64,000 bases of DNA, from assembly GCA_040901675.1 (NCBI GenBank), contig JBBDYJ010000020.1, positions 1 through 64,000 of the forward strand, read 5' to 3'. The position numbers and the translations under genes were made by a program. A model generated the notes under the pieces. The model was not told where the DNA came from. It did no database searches and was given only the letters and a program-made list of their open reading frames with translations. Of the stretch, positions 18,996 through 30,873 are shown piece by piece (the first letter of the stretch is position 1; each line of letters starts with the position of its first letter). Source of the DNA: Pirellulales bacterium. GTDB lineage: Bacteria > Planctomycetota > Planctomycetia > Pirellulales > JAICIG01.

Positions 18996-19109
18996 CTAGG
19001 AGCCGTTTTCGGCATCATAGTTCTCTTCCGACTTCACCGTTCCATCGTCAAAATAGCGCACCAACTTGCCAATCGGTTTTCCGTCGGCGTATTGTCCGCG
19101 GGTTCTGAC
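18996..19109 (-). pseudogene. C-terminal remnant of a MORN-variant/YwqK-like protein
   Basis: VRTRGQYADGKPIGKLVRYFDDGTVKSEENYDAENGS*, preceded by an in-frame TAA; lower GC. Confidence 0.6.
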
Positions 19110-19254
19110 TTATGCGCTCCCGACGACCGGTGAGCAACCCGCCAGTCGAATATTGGACTTATCCCCTTTTTTGCTCGGGAGGGCATATCCACAACCTATA
19201 GCGGGTTGTTCGTGGACGATCAACGGCGACCGGATGGCGACCAGTGATTCGGAT

Positions 19255-20463
19255 CTACTGGCGGCGCTGACGGCGCAGCGCCTTGCGCTCGGCCTTGCTG
19301 AGCTTGCGATCGGTGGCGTCGAGCTCCTCGCGGTGCGATGACGACACTTTGCGCTGCACGCGCGCAGGCGGCTCGTCGAAGTCGTAACCGTAATCTTCGT
19401 CCGCGTCGCCGGCCGCCGACCGGTTCGTTGCCGGCCGTGCGGGCTCCACGGCCGGAACCAGGTCGCCGCGGCGGGCCGGCTTGGGAGGCGCGGCGTGCGC
19501 CGCATCCACCTTGGGCTTGCGGAACCAGGAACGCGTCGGCGCCGGCTCGCCCGATTTGACCGCGCCGACCTTCTGCTGTTTCGGTTTTTCCCGGACGGGA
19601 ATCAACCCTTGAGCGTCCAGAATCACGTACCGGGCGTGCAACGCCATCGCCAACACCAGGCAGAGGTTGCCGACCATCTCGCAGCCCTCTTCCAGCATGA
19701 TGCCGCGGGCGCCCGACTCGGCCATCACAATCTCCAATTGCGCCAGTACCGCCGTGGCATAGCAGCAAGCCGTCGCCAAGAAAGCGGCCACCGACGAGCG
19801 GCAGGGCCGCATGTCCAACAGCAGCCGGATGCCCACCACTCCCAGCACGACCAGGTAAGGACCGACCCACCAGATCGAACCGTCGCCGAAAACTCGGCGG
19901 CCGGTGAGATGGGCCATCATTTCCTTGAAGCCCTCGTGCAGGCTACCCCCTTCGTCCATGCTCATCGTCATCCAGCACAATGCCGCCCACAGCCAGATGC
20001 GGTACCGCCCGTGGTAATCGTCCGACTTGTGCCGGCGGATGGTATAGACCAACAGCGCCACCAGGCTGGCCAGCGCCAGGGTCAACGACGAAAACCAGCA
20101 GCACAGGCCCCCTTCGCCGTCCAGGTCGAAGGCCGCCACGCGCCCATCCGTTGACATGTGCGCCACCGTCGGCATCCAGGCATACAAGGCCTCCAGTCCC
20201 GCCACTACCGTCAGGCTGGCCAGAAACAAGAGCACGAAGGTGGTGTGCTTGCGCGGGATCAAGTCGGTGATGCGCGGTTGCCGTTCCATGGCGGCCTCGG
20301 AGTAAGTTCGAGAATGGTGGGTGCGACGCAGCCTGGCACCGCCGGAGCCGGCCGATCCGCGACCGGCGGACGATGGCTCGCCGGCCGCGACCGAGCTGCC
20401 GATGACTTCGTCGGTCAGCACCCGCCGTCGCCGGTCGTCGAGTTGGCCACTGCGGAACTGCAT
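19255..20463 (-). CDS. Hypothetical multi-pass membrane protein with a charged C-terminal tail
   Basis: About 7 hydrophobic helices; SMDEGGSLHE and LEEGCE motifs; tail RKLSKAERKALRR. The start (MQFRSGQ) is inferred. Confidence 0.75.
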   Translation of the reverse strand: MQFRSGQLDDRRRRVLTDEVIGSSVAAGEPSSAGRGSAGSGGARLRRTHHSRTYSEAAMERQPRITDLIPRKHTTFVLLFLASLTVVAGLEALYAWMPTVAHMSTDGRVAAFDLDGEGGLCCWFSSLTLALASLVALLVYTIRRHKSDDYHGRYRIWLWAALCWMTMSMDEGGSLHEGFKEMMAHLTGRRVFGDGSIWWVGPYLVVLGVVGIRLLLDMRPCRSSVAAFLATACCYATAVLAQLEIVMAESGARGIMLEEGCEMVGNLCLVLAMALHARYVILDAQGLIPVREKPKQQKVGAVKSGEPAPTRSWFRKPKVDAAHAAPPKPARRGDLVPAVEPARPATNRSAAGDADEDYGYDFDEPPARVQRKVSSSHREELDATDRKLSKAERKALRRQRRQ

Positions 20464-20837
20464 CGATTGGCGGCGGGGATCATAGCGTCGGAGTCGATTT
20501 GGGCGAAGACGGGTTGCCGGCGACGCTTCGGCAACGCGGCAATGTCGGCGCCTCCCCTGCCCCTCTGTTGCACTTCGGCATTTTCTTTCGCCAATCCGCA
20601 CGGACCTGCCAGCCTTCCACAGCAATGCCGCCCGCTTCCCTTTTTGCCCGCACTGTGCAAACTCGCCAACAGCCCCAGCATCGCGCTCCAGCGGTGCTAG
20701 CAGCAGGTGCATGACGGGGTAAACCGCATTGACCACTTTTCCAGCGCCAGATAGGCTGCTGAGCCGTTGCCAGACCCTAAGGCTTTCGTTTGGCTGGCTT
20801 TTGCGTCGATCGCGCGCCTGGAATCCATCGTCCAAGG

Positions 20838-22514
20838 ATGGACATTAAACGCCGCTTTCTCGTTTGTTCCGCCCTCGTCGGCCTGTCGGCCATCGCGCAG
20901 GCCGTCACGATCCAGCGCGCGGTGGTGCCGGCCCAGGATTCGATCCGTTACCTGGTGGTCGCCCAGGCCATGGCCCGCGACGGGCTGCTGCCCACGCTGA
21001 AAACCCAGAACGAGCAGCCTTTATTCCCGGCCGCGGTCTGGTTAACACACCAGGGGCTGGTGGACTGTGGGCTGATCGGCCCGGCCGACTGGGCGGTCAG
21101 CCTGCAGATTGCGGCGGCCGTGCCGCTGGTCTTCGCGGTGGTCAGCGTCTATTTGCTGCTGGGACGCCTGGTAGGTGGACCCTCCGCGTTGGCAGCCAGC
21201 CTGCTGTTTTGCCTGCTCGGCTCCATCCGGCGCCTCGGAGCCGACGGCCTCAGCGACAGCACGCACCTCTGCTTCTGTTGCTGGGCGCTGTGGGCGGGCT
21301 GCCACTATTTTGCCTGGATAAAAGGAAACGTCGCCGGGCGCAAGCCAAACGCAGCCTGGCTGGCGGCCATGGGAGCTTTCACAGGCATTGCCTTGCTGGC
21401 ACGGGCCGAAGCCATCGTGTTGCCGCTTGCGGCGGCCGCAACCATGGGCCTTGCCCAACTGCGGCCGGCATGGCGGCAGTGCTGGTTCAGATTGGCGGGT
21501 GGCGGGACGGCCCTGGTGGCCGGCATGGCCCTGGTGTTGGTGCCCTATTTGGCTCTCGGTCCGGCACGCGACGTCGACTCAATCGTGGCCCGGTTGCTGG
21601 GCAGGCAAGGGGCCGACGAGAGTGCGCCCTTGAACCTGCCCCCCGGCAGGGTGCTGGCGACCGGGGCCGATCAGCCGGGCTGGCGGTTGGAAGGGACAGG
21701 CCAATTGACTTTCGGCCGCAAAGACACGGCGGCGAGCGGCCGGTTCCACGGGTACGCCGCCGCGGCCGCCGAGCTGGCCAGGGAACTGGTCGAAGCACTC
21801 GACTATTGGGTGGCCGCCCTGGCAGCGTGGGGGCTCTGGAGCTGCCGGCGGTTCCCTGTGCGGCCGGCCGACCGGTTCGTGCAACTCGCGGCGCTGGGCA
21901 TCATGGCGGGCGTGCTCAAGGTGGCCGCCACCGGTGGCTATTTATCGGAGCGTCATCTGCTGGTGCCGATCACCTTGTCGCTGGCGTGTGCGGGCGTGGG
22001 GGCCGTCAAGCTGGCGCGCCTCGCATCCCGCAATGGCTTCGGCGCCGTGCCTTCCCTGGGCCAGCGCCTGGCAACGTTTAAACCGGCGCTGGTGCAGTGC
22101 TCGATGCCGGCGGCCTTGGGCCTGCTGTGCTGGGTGTCGGGCCCCGACGCCTTGCACGCCAGCCGGTCGGGCCATTTGCAGGCGGCGCGGTGGCTGGAAA
22201 CGCGAACCCGGCCAGACGACGTCGTGCTCGACAGCCGGGGTTGGACCGCCTTGTACACGGGACGCACGACGTACCGCTACGATGCGGCCCAGGCGGCCTA
22301 TAGTCACCCGCGGCTGGCCTACATCGTGGTCGAGCGGGCCGAGCTGGAGTCGCCGAGCCGCCGGGGCGAAACACTGCGCCTGCTGATGGAGCAAGCCGGC
22401 GAGCCGGTGGCGCGTTTCAGCCCGCCCGCGGGCCGGCCGGTCCAGCAAGTGCTGGTGTATCGTTGGCACCCCCTGCGTTTCGCCGAGCTGAAAGGTCGTC
22501 TCGATGCGCGCTAA
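20838..22514 (+). CDS. GT-C fold (PMT/ArnT-like) integral membrane glycosyltransferase
   Basis: First helix followed by QDSIRY, EQPLFP, GLSDSTH, LARAEA, ERHLL; many TM helices; short soluble C-terminal domain. Confidence 0.7.
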   Translation: MDIKRRFLVCSALVGLSAIAQAVTIQRAVVPAQDSIRYLVVAQAMARDGLLPTLKTQNEQPLFPAAVWLTHQGLVDCGLIGPADWAVSLQIAAAVPLVFAVVSVYLLLGRLVGGPSALAASLLFCLLGSIRRLGADGLSDSTHLCFCCWALWAGCHYFAWIKGNVAGRKPNAAWLAAMGAFTGIALLARAEAIVLPLAAAATMGLAQLRPAWRQCWFRLAGGGTALVAGMALVLVPYLALGPARDVDSIVARLLGRQGADESAPLNLPPGRVLATGADQPGWRLEGTGQLTFGRKDTAASGRFHGYAAAAAELARELVEALDYWVAALAAWGLWSCRRFPVRPADRFVQLAALGIMAGVLKVAATGGYLSERHLLVPITLSLACAGVGAVKLARLASRNGFGAVPSLGQRLATFKPALVQCSMPAALGLLCWVSGPDALHASRSGHLQAARWLETRTRPDDVVLDSRGWTALYTGRTTYRYDAAQAAYSHPRLAYIVVERAELESPSRRGETLRLLMEQAGEPVARFSPPAGRPVQQVLVYRWHPLRFAELKGRLDAR

Positions 22515-23265
22515 CGTCCGGGCCTTTGTTCAACTGGCTGCCGAAGCGCTCGAGCTGGGCGGCCCCGTCTACGAGTTCGGTTCCTACCAGGTCGAGGGCC
22601 AGGAGCACGTCGCCGACCTGCGGCCTTTGTTCGCGGGCCAGGCCTACGTGGGCTGCGACTTGCGGCCAGGGCCGGGCGTGGATCGGCTGGAAGACCTGGC
22701 GGCTCTGTCGCTGAGCGACGACTCGGCCTCCACGATCATCTGCGTGGAGACGCTGGAACACGTGTTCGAGGCGCGGCGGGGCGTCGAAGAAATGATGCGG
22801 GTGCTCGCGCCCGGGGGCACGCTCCTGGTCGCGGCGCCGCTCGATTTTCGGATCCACGACTATCCGGGCGACTACTGGCGGCTCACGCCCAGTTGCCTGG
22901 AGCGGCTGTTGGCGCCGCTGGAAGCCACGCTGGTGGGCTGGCAGGGCGTGGACCGTTTTCCGCACACGGTGTTCGGCATCGGCTGCAAGGCGCCGGCGCG
23001 GCCGAACATCGCGGCAGGCCTCAATCGCTTCATGGGGGCGTACCAGCGGTGGTTGACGCTGTCGGCGAGCGAAGTGTCGTGGCCGCGCCGCATGAAAAAC
23101 TGGCTGTCGGGAATCGCGGGCAGCAAGGGAGACCGCCGCCGGGACCGCGAGTATTACCAGGTGCGGTTCGCCATGGAGCTGCCGGCCGGCCGGCAGCGGA
23201 AGCACGATCTGCTGGGGTTGTCCCAAGCCGACAGCGGCACCGGCGCCCGGCTCGATCTGAGCTGA
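22504..23265 (+). CDS. Class I SAM-dependent methyltransferase-like protein
   Basis: YEFGS, YVGCD..PGPGVD, ETLEHV, RVLAPGG, HDYPGDYWR; overlaps the upstream gene. Confidence 0.85.
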   Translation: MRANVRAFVQLAAEALELGGPVYEFGSYQVEGQEHVADLRPLFAGQAYVGCDLRPGPGVDRLEDLAALSLSDDSASTIICVETLEHVFEARRGVEEMMRVLAPGGTLLVAAPLDFRIHDYPGDYWRLTPSCLERLLAPLEATLVGWQGVDRFPHTVFGIGCKAPARPNIAAGLNRFMGAYQRWLTLSASEVSWPRRMKNWLSGIAGSKGDRRRDREYYQVRFAMELPAGRQRKHDLLGLSQADSGTGARLDLS

Positions 23266-23335
23266 TGCACGCTCGGGCCGGCGTGCTTGGCGCGGGACGC
23301 GCTTTGACAGGAACCGCCACAACTCGGAAATCGCG

Positions 23336-24976
23336 ATGAACTCGACAAGCCGTCAAGTGGAACGCGTGCTGGTGATCGGCCTGGACGGGGCCACGTTCGA
23401 CGCCTTGACGCCCTGGGCCCAATCGGGACACATGCCGAACCTGGCCAGGCTGACGGCCACCTCGGCCCTGTCGGTGCTGCGCTCGACGAAGCCCTACATC
23501 ACGCCGGTCGCCTGGACAACGTTCCAGACCGGCTGCGATCCATCGGAGCACGGCATCTTCGACTACCGCTACCTGGATCATGCGCGGCGGCGGCTGCAGT
23601 TGAACCATGCGGGCCGGATCGAGCGGGCCACGCTGTTCGACGCGGTGAGCGCGGCGGGGGGCGAGGTGGTCTCGCTCAATCTGCCGATGACCTATCCGGC
23701 GCCCGCCGGCGTGCGGGGCATCGTCGTGGGAGGCCTCGACAGCCCTTCGATCGAAGCGGCACTGGCGCCGTATCCGGAGTTTGCCGAGCGGATGCAGGAA
23801 AGCGGCGCCCGCTACGACCTGGCCACGATCTGGCGGCGCAAGCCGACCACGTTCGACGAGCTGGCCGATGGCGTCGCGCAGACCAGGGCCGCCTTCTTTG
23901 GCCAGGTGGCGGCGGCCCGGCTGGCCGATCAGATGACCGATTGGCAGTTGATGGTGGTCCAGTTTCAGGCGCTCGACGCGCTGGCGCATCGCTGCTGGCA
24001 CCTGCTGGAGGTGGACCCGGACGCCAGCGAGCCGGCCGCCTGGATCGGCAAGGCGCGGCAGGCGCTGGTGGCGCTGGACGATTGCCTGGGCGAGCTGATG
24101 GAGCTGGCTGCCCGGCGCCGCGCGGCGGTGGTGGCGCTGAGCGATCATGGCTTCGGCCCGTTTCGCGAAAAGATTTCGCTGCCCGAGCTGCTGTCGCGGC
24201 GGGGCCTGGTGCGGCTGCCCGGCGGCGGCGCGGCGGCCGGCTTTTATCTGCGGCGCTGCGGCTGGAAGGTGCGCAAGTATTTATGGCGTCGGCTGCGGCC
24301 CGGACAAAGCTCGGCCCGGCTGACGCGGCCCCTGGGCTGCCTGCTGCCGATCGACTGGCGGCGCAGCGTGGCCCTGGCCCTGCACGGCAACCTGGGCGGC
24401 CTCGTGTACCTGAACACGCGCCGGCGGTTCGGCGGCTCGGCCCTGGTCACTGAAAGCCAGCGCGAGCAGGCGGTATGCGACACGATTGCCGCCTTCGACG
24501 AGGCGCGGCATCCCGGCACGGGCGAGCGCTTGTTCGAGGAGACGTTCGGCACGGCCGAGCGTTTCGGCCAGGATCCGGTCGAGCGGCAATGGCCCGACGT
24601 GGTGGCGATACCCGCGCCCGGTTTTCACACCCGTCACAAGTTCGAGTCGTCGCCTCGCCTCATGCGCGGCGACCCGAATCTGGTGGCTACGCACCGGCGT
24701 GAAGGGGTGCTGTTGGTCGACGCTCCGCTGATGCGTATCGGGCAGGGTCACGCCGCCGACCTGCGCGATGTGGCCCCGATCATCCTGCACCTGCTCGGCG
24801 TTCCTCCGCGGCAGCGGATGACCGGCCGCGTCCCCTGGTCGATGTTGTCGCCGGAATCGGCTGCCGCCCCAGCCGAATCCGTCTGTGCGCGGTCGCGCGT
24901 GCCGGCCGCCTGCATCACCGACAGCGACCAGCTCACGGTCGAAGCCCGCCTCCGCGACTTGGGCTACATGGATTAA
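23336..24976 (+). CDS. Alkaline phosphatase superfamily protein (type I phosphodiesterase/nucleotide pyrophosphatase)
   Basis: VIGLDGAT, STKPYITPVAWTTFQTG, HGIFD, DALAH, SDHGF, THRREG, DVAPIIL, RLRDLGY. Confidence 0.9.
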   Translation: MNSTSRQVERVLVIGLDGATFDALTPWAQSGHMPNLARLTATSALSVLRSTKPYITPVAWTTFQTGCDPSEHGIFDYRYLDHARRRLQLNHAGRIERATLFDAVSAAGGEVVSLNLPMTYPAPAGVRGIVVGGLDSPSIEAALAPYPEFAERMQESGARYDLATIWRRKPTTFDELADGVAQTRAAFFGQVAAARLADQMTDWQLMVVQFQALDALAHRCWHLLEVDPDASEPAAWIGKARQALVALDDCLGELMELAARRRAAVVALSDHGFGPFREKISLPELLSRRGLVRLPGGGAAAGFYLRRCGWKVRKYLWRRLRPGQSSARLTRPLGCLLPIDWRRSVALALHGNLGGLVYLNTRRRFGGSALVTESQREQAVCDTIAAFDEARHPGTGERLFEETFGTAERFGQDPVERQWPDVVAIPAPGFHTRHKFESSPRLMRGDPNLVATHRREGVLLVDAPLMRIGQGHAADLRDVAPIILHLLGVPPRQRMTGRVPWSMLSPESAAAPAESVCARSRVPAACITDSDQLTVEARLRDLGYMD

Positions 24977-25039
24977 AAGATCTTTCGCAAGGCGCAAAGA
25001 TACAAAGATACACAGACGACGAACTTTACCCTGAAGCCA

Positions 25040-25513
25040 TCACGTGATTCGCTTTATGAGTGTTGCACGTGTGCAAAGCATGGAAACGTTTCCACTTCGC
25101 GTGACACCGGCCACGAATGGTGCAGGGAATCTCTTTAGAAACTGTCTAATGGCGGGCAACGCGGTAACGAAGGCGGTTCCCATTTCTGGCCCGGTCATGT
25201 CGGCGGCCGTCAGATTGAAGCAGGCCACTCCCGATTCGAGCAGGGCCGCTATCTCGACTTGGTTAGCCCGGATATGGCGGTCTTTCGTTAAAACAGTCCA
25301 ACCCTTGCCGCCCACGTGGCGAAGCCAAATCTTGTCAGGGGTGTCGGCGGGAAAATGATCGTAGAGCACTTCGACGCGCACCCCAGCATCCAGCAATCGG
25401 GACCTGACCGCGAATCGTCCAAGGCAGCCATCCAAGAAGAAGATGGGCTCATGCGGCTTGGCCGACGAGCTCGCATCTGATTGCTTCCTCGATGTCCGTC
25501 GCCTCGCAGGCAT
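25040..25513 (-). CDS. VapC45-like PIN-domain toxin
   Basis: FFLDGCLG, TPDKIWL, VLTKDRHIR, EIAAL; overlaps the 3' end of the DUF433 gene; lower GC. Confidence 0.8.
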   Translation of the reverse strand: MPARRRTSRKQSDASSSAKPHEPIFFLDGCLGRFAVRSRLLDAGVRVEVLYDHFPADTPDKIWLRHVGGKGWTVLTKDRHIRANQVEIAALLESGVACFNLTAADMTGPEMGTAFVTALPAIRQFLKRFPAPFVAGVTRSGNVSMLCTRATLIKRIT

Positions 25514-26165
25514 AGTCGTGTGCTAGCTCAACGGTAGATTCACCTGCCTTGTATCTTTCGGCTATGACAGCCGTCGGAACGCGCGCCACGGAGAGCGTTG
25601 GCCGCCCGAAGCAAAACTTTGGATCAATGAAGATTGATTTTGGGCTCAGCATGTTCGCAGCACGCGTGAACGGGTAAATGCGGGCAACCAATTCATTCTC
25701 GAACTCCAACCTCTCGAGGTGATTCATGACCTCTTTCATCACCTGTTGGCCGGACGCAGCATCAAGAAGTCTGCCAAGGTGGCTCACGAAGAGTCTCGCG
25801 CCGTCGGTCTGAAAGCGCTGCTCGACAAGTGGATGCCTCGATCTAAATCGCTGGCTTACGTAATGGATCGCCTGCCGAATCTGGTTCAGTTGGACCCCGT
25901 GCACTTGTCGTAGCGAACGCAGGATATGTGCTTCCGCAAGATTAAAAAACGAAAGCAGCGGTGTACCCTTGTCTGGCAGCTCAATGACTGGCCTGAACCG
26001 TTTCGTGCCGCCTTCGGTCGGGTAAGACCTCCCAAGCACCCAGGCGCGCAGAGTGGCCTCTGGCAGTCGCAGATAATGCGACGCAAGAGGAATCGAGTAT
26101 GCAGGCATCTCGCGCGCATCATTCCAGCTCTTGCTCGGGTTGAAACGCAGCTTGGCCATGACCAT
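25449..26165 (-). CDS. VapB45-like antitoxin (HTH plus DUF433)
   Basis: PAYSIPLASHYLRLPEATLRAW, LSFFNLAEAH, IDPKFCFGRP, AGESTVELAHDY. Confidence 0.85.
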   Translation of the reverse strand: MVMAKLRFNPSKSWNDAREMPAYSIPLASHYLRLPEATLRAWVLGRSYPTEGGTKRFRPVIELPDKGTPLLSFFNLAEAHILRSLRQVHGVQLNQIRQAIHYVSQRFRSRHPLVEQRFQTDGARLFVSHLGRLLDAASGQQVMKEVMNHLERLEFENELVARIYPFTRAANMLSPKSIFIDPKFCFGRPTLSVARVPTAVIAERYKAGESTVELAHDYACEATDIEEAIRCELVGQAA

Positions 26166-26486
26166 AGCATCAGGTATCCGCCTACCCGTGTCAATCGGAA
26201 CGCATTCCCGCCCATCGGCAGGGCCTAAAACGAGCTCGCCCGCTCAAACCCAATCGCGATCGAAGCGTCTTCCACGGAAGCCGATGTCCAAGGCCGCAAG
26301 CCGCGGCGAAGGACCGACTCAAGGCTGGAGCACGCAAGGATTGCATCGCCGCAGCGCGGAGGGTAGAGTGCTGCGAAAGCCAGCAGTCGGTGGCGAAAGC
26401 CGATCCGTCAGTGTTTCTCCGCCGTCGCCTGGAAATGACTCTGCTTTTGCCGTTCTTGTTCCTTTCTTGTTCCCGGAGTTTGATCC

Positions 26487-27539
26487 ATGAGAGTCGCCTT
26501 TGGCTTGATGGCGGTCGGCTGCTTGCTGTCTGCGGGGTGCAGTAATCAACCGAACAATGCTACCAAACCCGCCGATGCGGCGGTCGTGGCCGAGTCGGCC
26601 GGCGGCTCCAATGCGGCTGGCTCCACCGCGACTGGCTCCAACGCGACTACCGACGAGAACTCGTCCGGTGGGGCGGCCGCCGCCAATGCAGCGCCTGTCA
26701 GGTCGGGAGTCGCCAAGCTGACCCCGGAAAACACCAAGATCCAATTCGTCGGAACGCACGCGGGCGGCGATCCGAACCCCCGCACCGGCGGCTTCGAAAA
26801 GTTCACCGGCGAGGCCGAGCTGGACGCCGATGGAAAGACGCTGAAATCGGTGTCGGCCGAGATCGAGACGGACTCGCTCTGGACCCAGCATGGGAGACTG
26901 ACGCAGCACCTCAACAGTCCGGATTTCTTCGATACCAGGGAATACCCCAGCGCGACGTTCGAGAGCACCCGGATCGAGCCGACCGGCGGCGACGGCCAGT
27001 ACACGGTCACCGGCGACCTGACGCTCCTGGAAGCGACCAAAGAGATTCAGTTCCCCGCCACCGTGACCATCGACGATGCCGGCCTGGCGCTGCGGGCCAC
27101 GTTCACCATCGACCGCACCGAGTTTGGCATGGACAAGCTCCAAGACCGAGTCGAGAACCCAGTCGCCTTGACCGTGGTCATCGGTGAAAAGACCGAGCCG
27201 CTTCCCAGCGCGGACGGGCCCCGAGGCGGCGGCTTTGATCCCGCGGCCTTCTTCAAACAGCGTGACGCCAGCGGCGACGGCAAGCTGGCCGGCGACGAAA
27301 TTCCCGAGCGCATGCGGCAAGACATGGAGGCCATCGATACCGACGGCGACGGCGAAATCTCGCAGGAAGAGTTCCAGGTGCGAATGCGGCAGTTCGGTGG
27401 CGGCAGGCCTGGTGGCGGCGGCCCCGGGGCCGGCGGCAGTCCCGGCGCGGCTGGTAGAGCCGGCGCTGCTGGTGCAGCCCAAGATCGGCCCGGCGACGGT
27501 GGGGCTGCTGATGCGGCCGGCACGCGTGATGGCGACTGA
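26487..27539 (+). CDS. YceI-family lipoprotein with two C-terminal EF-hand loops
   Basis: Lipobox LSAGC; HLNSPDFFDTREYPSATFEST, GDLTL, IDRTEFGM; DASGDGKLAGDE and DTDGDGEISQEE. Confidence 0.88.
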   Translation: MRVAFGLMAVGCLLSAGCSNQPNNATKPADAAVVAESAGGSNAAGSTATGSNATTDENSSGGAAAANAAPVRSGVAKLTPENTKIQFVGTHAGGDPNPRTGGFEKFTGEAELDADGKTLKSVSAEIETDSLWTQHGRLTQHLNSPDFFDTREYPSATFESTRIEPTGGDGQYTVTGDLTLLEATKEIQFPATVTIDDAGLALRATFTIDRTEFGMDKLQDRVENPVALTVVIGEKTEPLPSADGPRGGGFDPAAFFKQRDASGDGKLAGDEIPERMRQDMEAIDTDGDGEISQEEFQVRMRQFGGGRPGGGGPGAGGSPGAAGRAGAAGAAQDRPGDGGAADAAGTRDGD

Positions 27540-27598
27540 CGAACGCCCGCGAAGCAAAAGCGGCTTGGTGCTAACGGCATCCTCGGCGTGCATGGAAC

Positions 27599-28435
27599 AT
27601 GAACGTCGCGATCGAGATCGTGGGCAAGGGCATCCTCGTGCCCGGCGCAATCTCGGTCGCGACGCTTTTTCTTCTTCGCCGGCTGCTCTCTCCGGAGACC
27701 TCACAGCGATACGCCGCGGCGGCCGCTGTTGCCACCGCATTCTGTGCCGGCTACCTGCTGCTCCCCGACTGGGCGGCGCTGGTCCCAAAGCGGCATTGGC
27801 ACTGGACCATCTACTTGGCCCCCGCGGCGGCCTTGCTCGGAGCTGTCGGCCTGGCCGGCGGCATCCGCCCGGCTGAACGCTGGCTGCTCTGGCTGCTGGC
27901 GGCCTTCGTGTCCGCCTGGCTGCTGGTGCCCGCCTGGGCCAACCTGCACCCACCGCGGCCGGTGTGCATCGGGCTGTTGACTGGATACCTGTTCCTGCTG
28001 GCGGCGGCACTGGAACCGCTGGCCGGACGAGTTGGTCCGGCAACTTTGCTCGCTCCGCTCACGTACGCTTCGGCGTGCGTCGCGCTGTTGATCGCCGCCT
28101 CGATAAGCGTGACGTACGCGCAGGCCGCGGTAATCGCCGCCGCGGCGATGGCCGGCTGTTGGATCGCGGCCTGTTTCACCCAGACGGCCTCCGCCCGCGG
28201 ACTGGGCCTGGTCTACTCGGTGGTCGTGGGCGGATGGGCGTTCATCGGCTGTATCGAGCCCCGGAAGCCGGCCGTCGGCCTGCTGCTCGCCGCGGCGGCT
28301 CCGCTGGGTGTCTGGTGTTGCGTCTGGGGGCCGCTCTCCCGCCTGCGCGGCCGCGGCGCGTGGGCCGTTCAGACCGCAGTGGTCCTGGCCGTCCTGGCGG
28401 CGGCCGCCGTGCTGGTGATGGCGCCGGTGTCCTGA
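27599..28435 (+). CDS. Hypothetical integral membrane protein
   Basis: About 9-10 hydrophobic segments; follows the YceI gene on the same strand. Confidence 0.7.
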   Translation: MNVAIEIVGKGILVPGAISVATLFLLRRLLSPETSQRYAAAAAVATAFCAGYLLLPDWAALVPKRHWHWTIYLAPAAALLGAVGLAGGIRPAERWLLWLLAAFVSAWLLVPAWANLHPPRPVCIGLLTGYLFLLAAALEPLAGRVGPATLLAPLTYASACVALLIAASISVTYAQAAVIAAAAMAGCWIAACFTQTASARGLGLVYSVVVGGWAFIGCIEPRKPAVGLLLAAAAPLGVWCCVWGPLSRLRGRGAWAVQTAVVLAVLAAAAVLVMAPVS

Positions 28436-28538
28436 AAATAGGGGCTGCAAGCCGCCTTTTTGCCGTAGGCGGGTTGCGACCTATATAAGTAATACCGCGA
28501 GATCCGTACTGCCCCTTTCTTCGATCAACCGCCCCCAC

Positions 28539-30454
<1,916 letters not shown>

Positions 30455-30458
<4 letters not shown>

Positions 30459-30484
30459 CAGGCGCCTCGGGGGCAACATAGAAT
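30455..30484 (+). promoter_or_regulatory. Putative sigma70 promoter of the DUF1559 remnant
   Basis: ttgaca-N18-tagaat. Confidence 0.55.
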
Positions 30485-30562
30485 CGCGTGCGAGGAACGC
30501 TCCCGCGCGACGGACCGCGACGGACTTCGTGTCCTACCCGCCTTGCGTCGAACTACCCGCCC

Positions 30563-30873
30563 ATGCGCCCTCGCCTCCGGCTTCCTCGCCACCGCCGCTT
30601 CGTGCAGCCTGCAGCCTGCGCGGCGCCAAGTGGATCAACGGGCACTACGGCGACGCCTTGTACAACCACTATTACGTCCCGAATTGGCACGAGTGGGATT
30701 GCGGCAACAAGTTTCACAACAAGGCGCTGACGGCCGCGCGGAGCAACCACCCGGGCGGCGTGATGGTGCTGTTCTGCGACGGCCACGTGCAGTTCGTCGC
30801 GCAGACGATCGAGCTGCACGTCTGGCGGGCCATCTCCACCCGCTGGCGCGCCGATCTGGTCACCGGCCTCTGA
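30563..30873 (+). pseudogene. Internally deleted DUF1559 (prepilin-type/H-X9-DG) gene
   Basis: Basic leader MRPRLRLPRHRRF is joined out of frame to the C-terminus ...AARSNHPGGVMVLFCDGHVQFV...WRAISTR; the GFTLxELL segment is absent. Confidence 0.75.
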
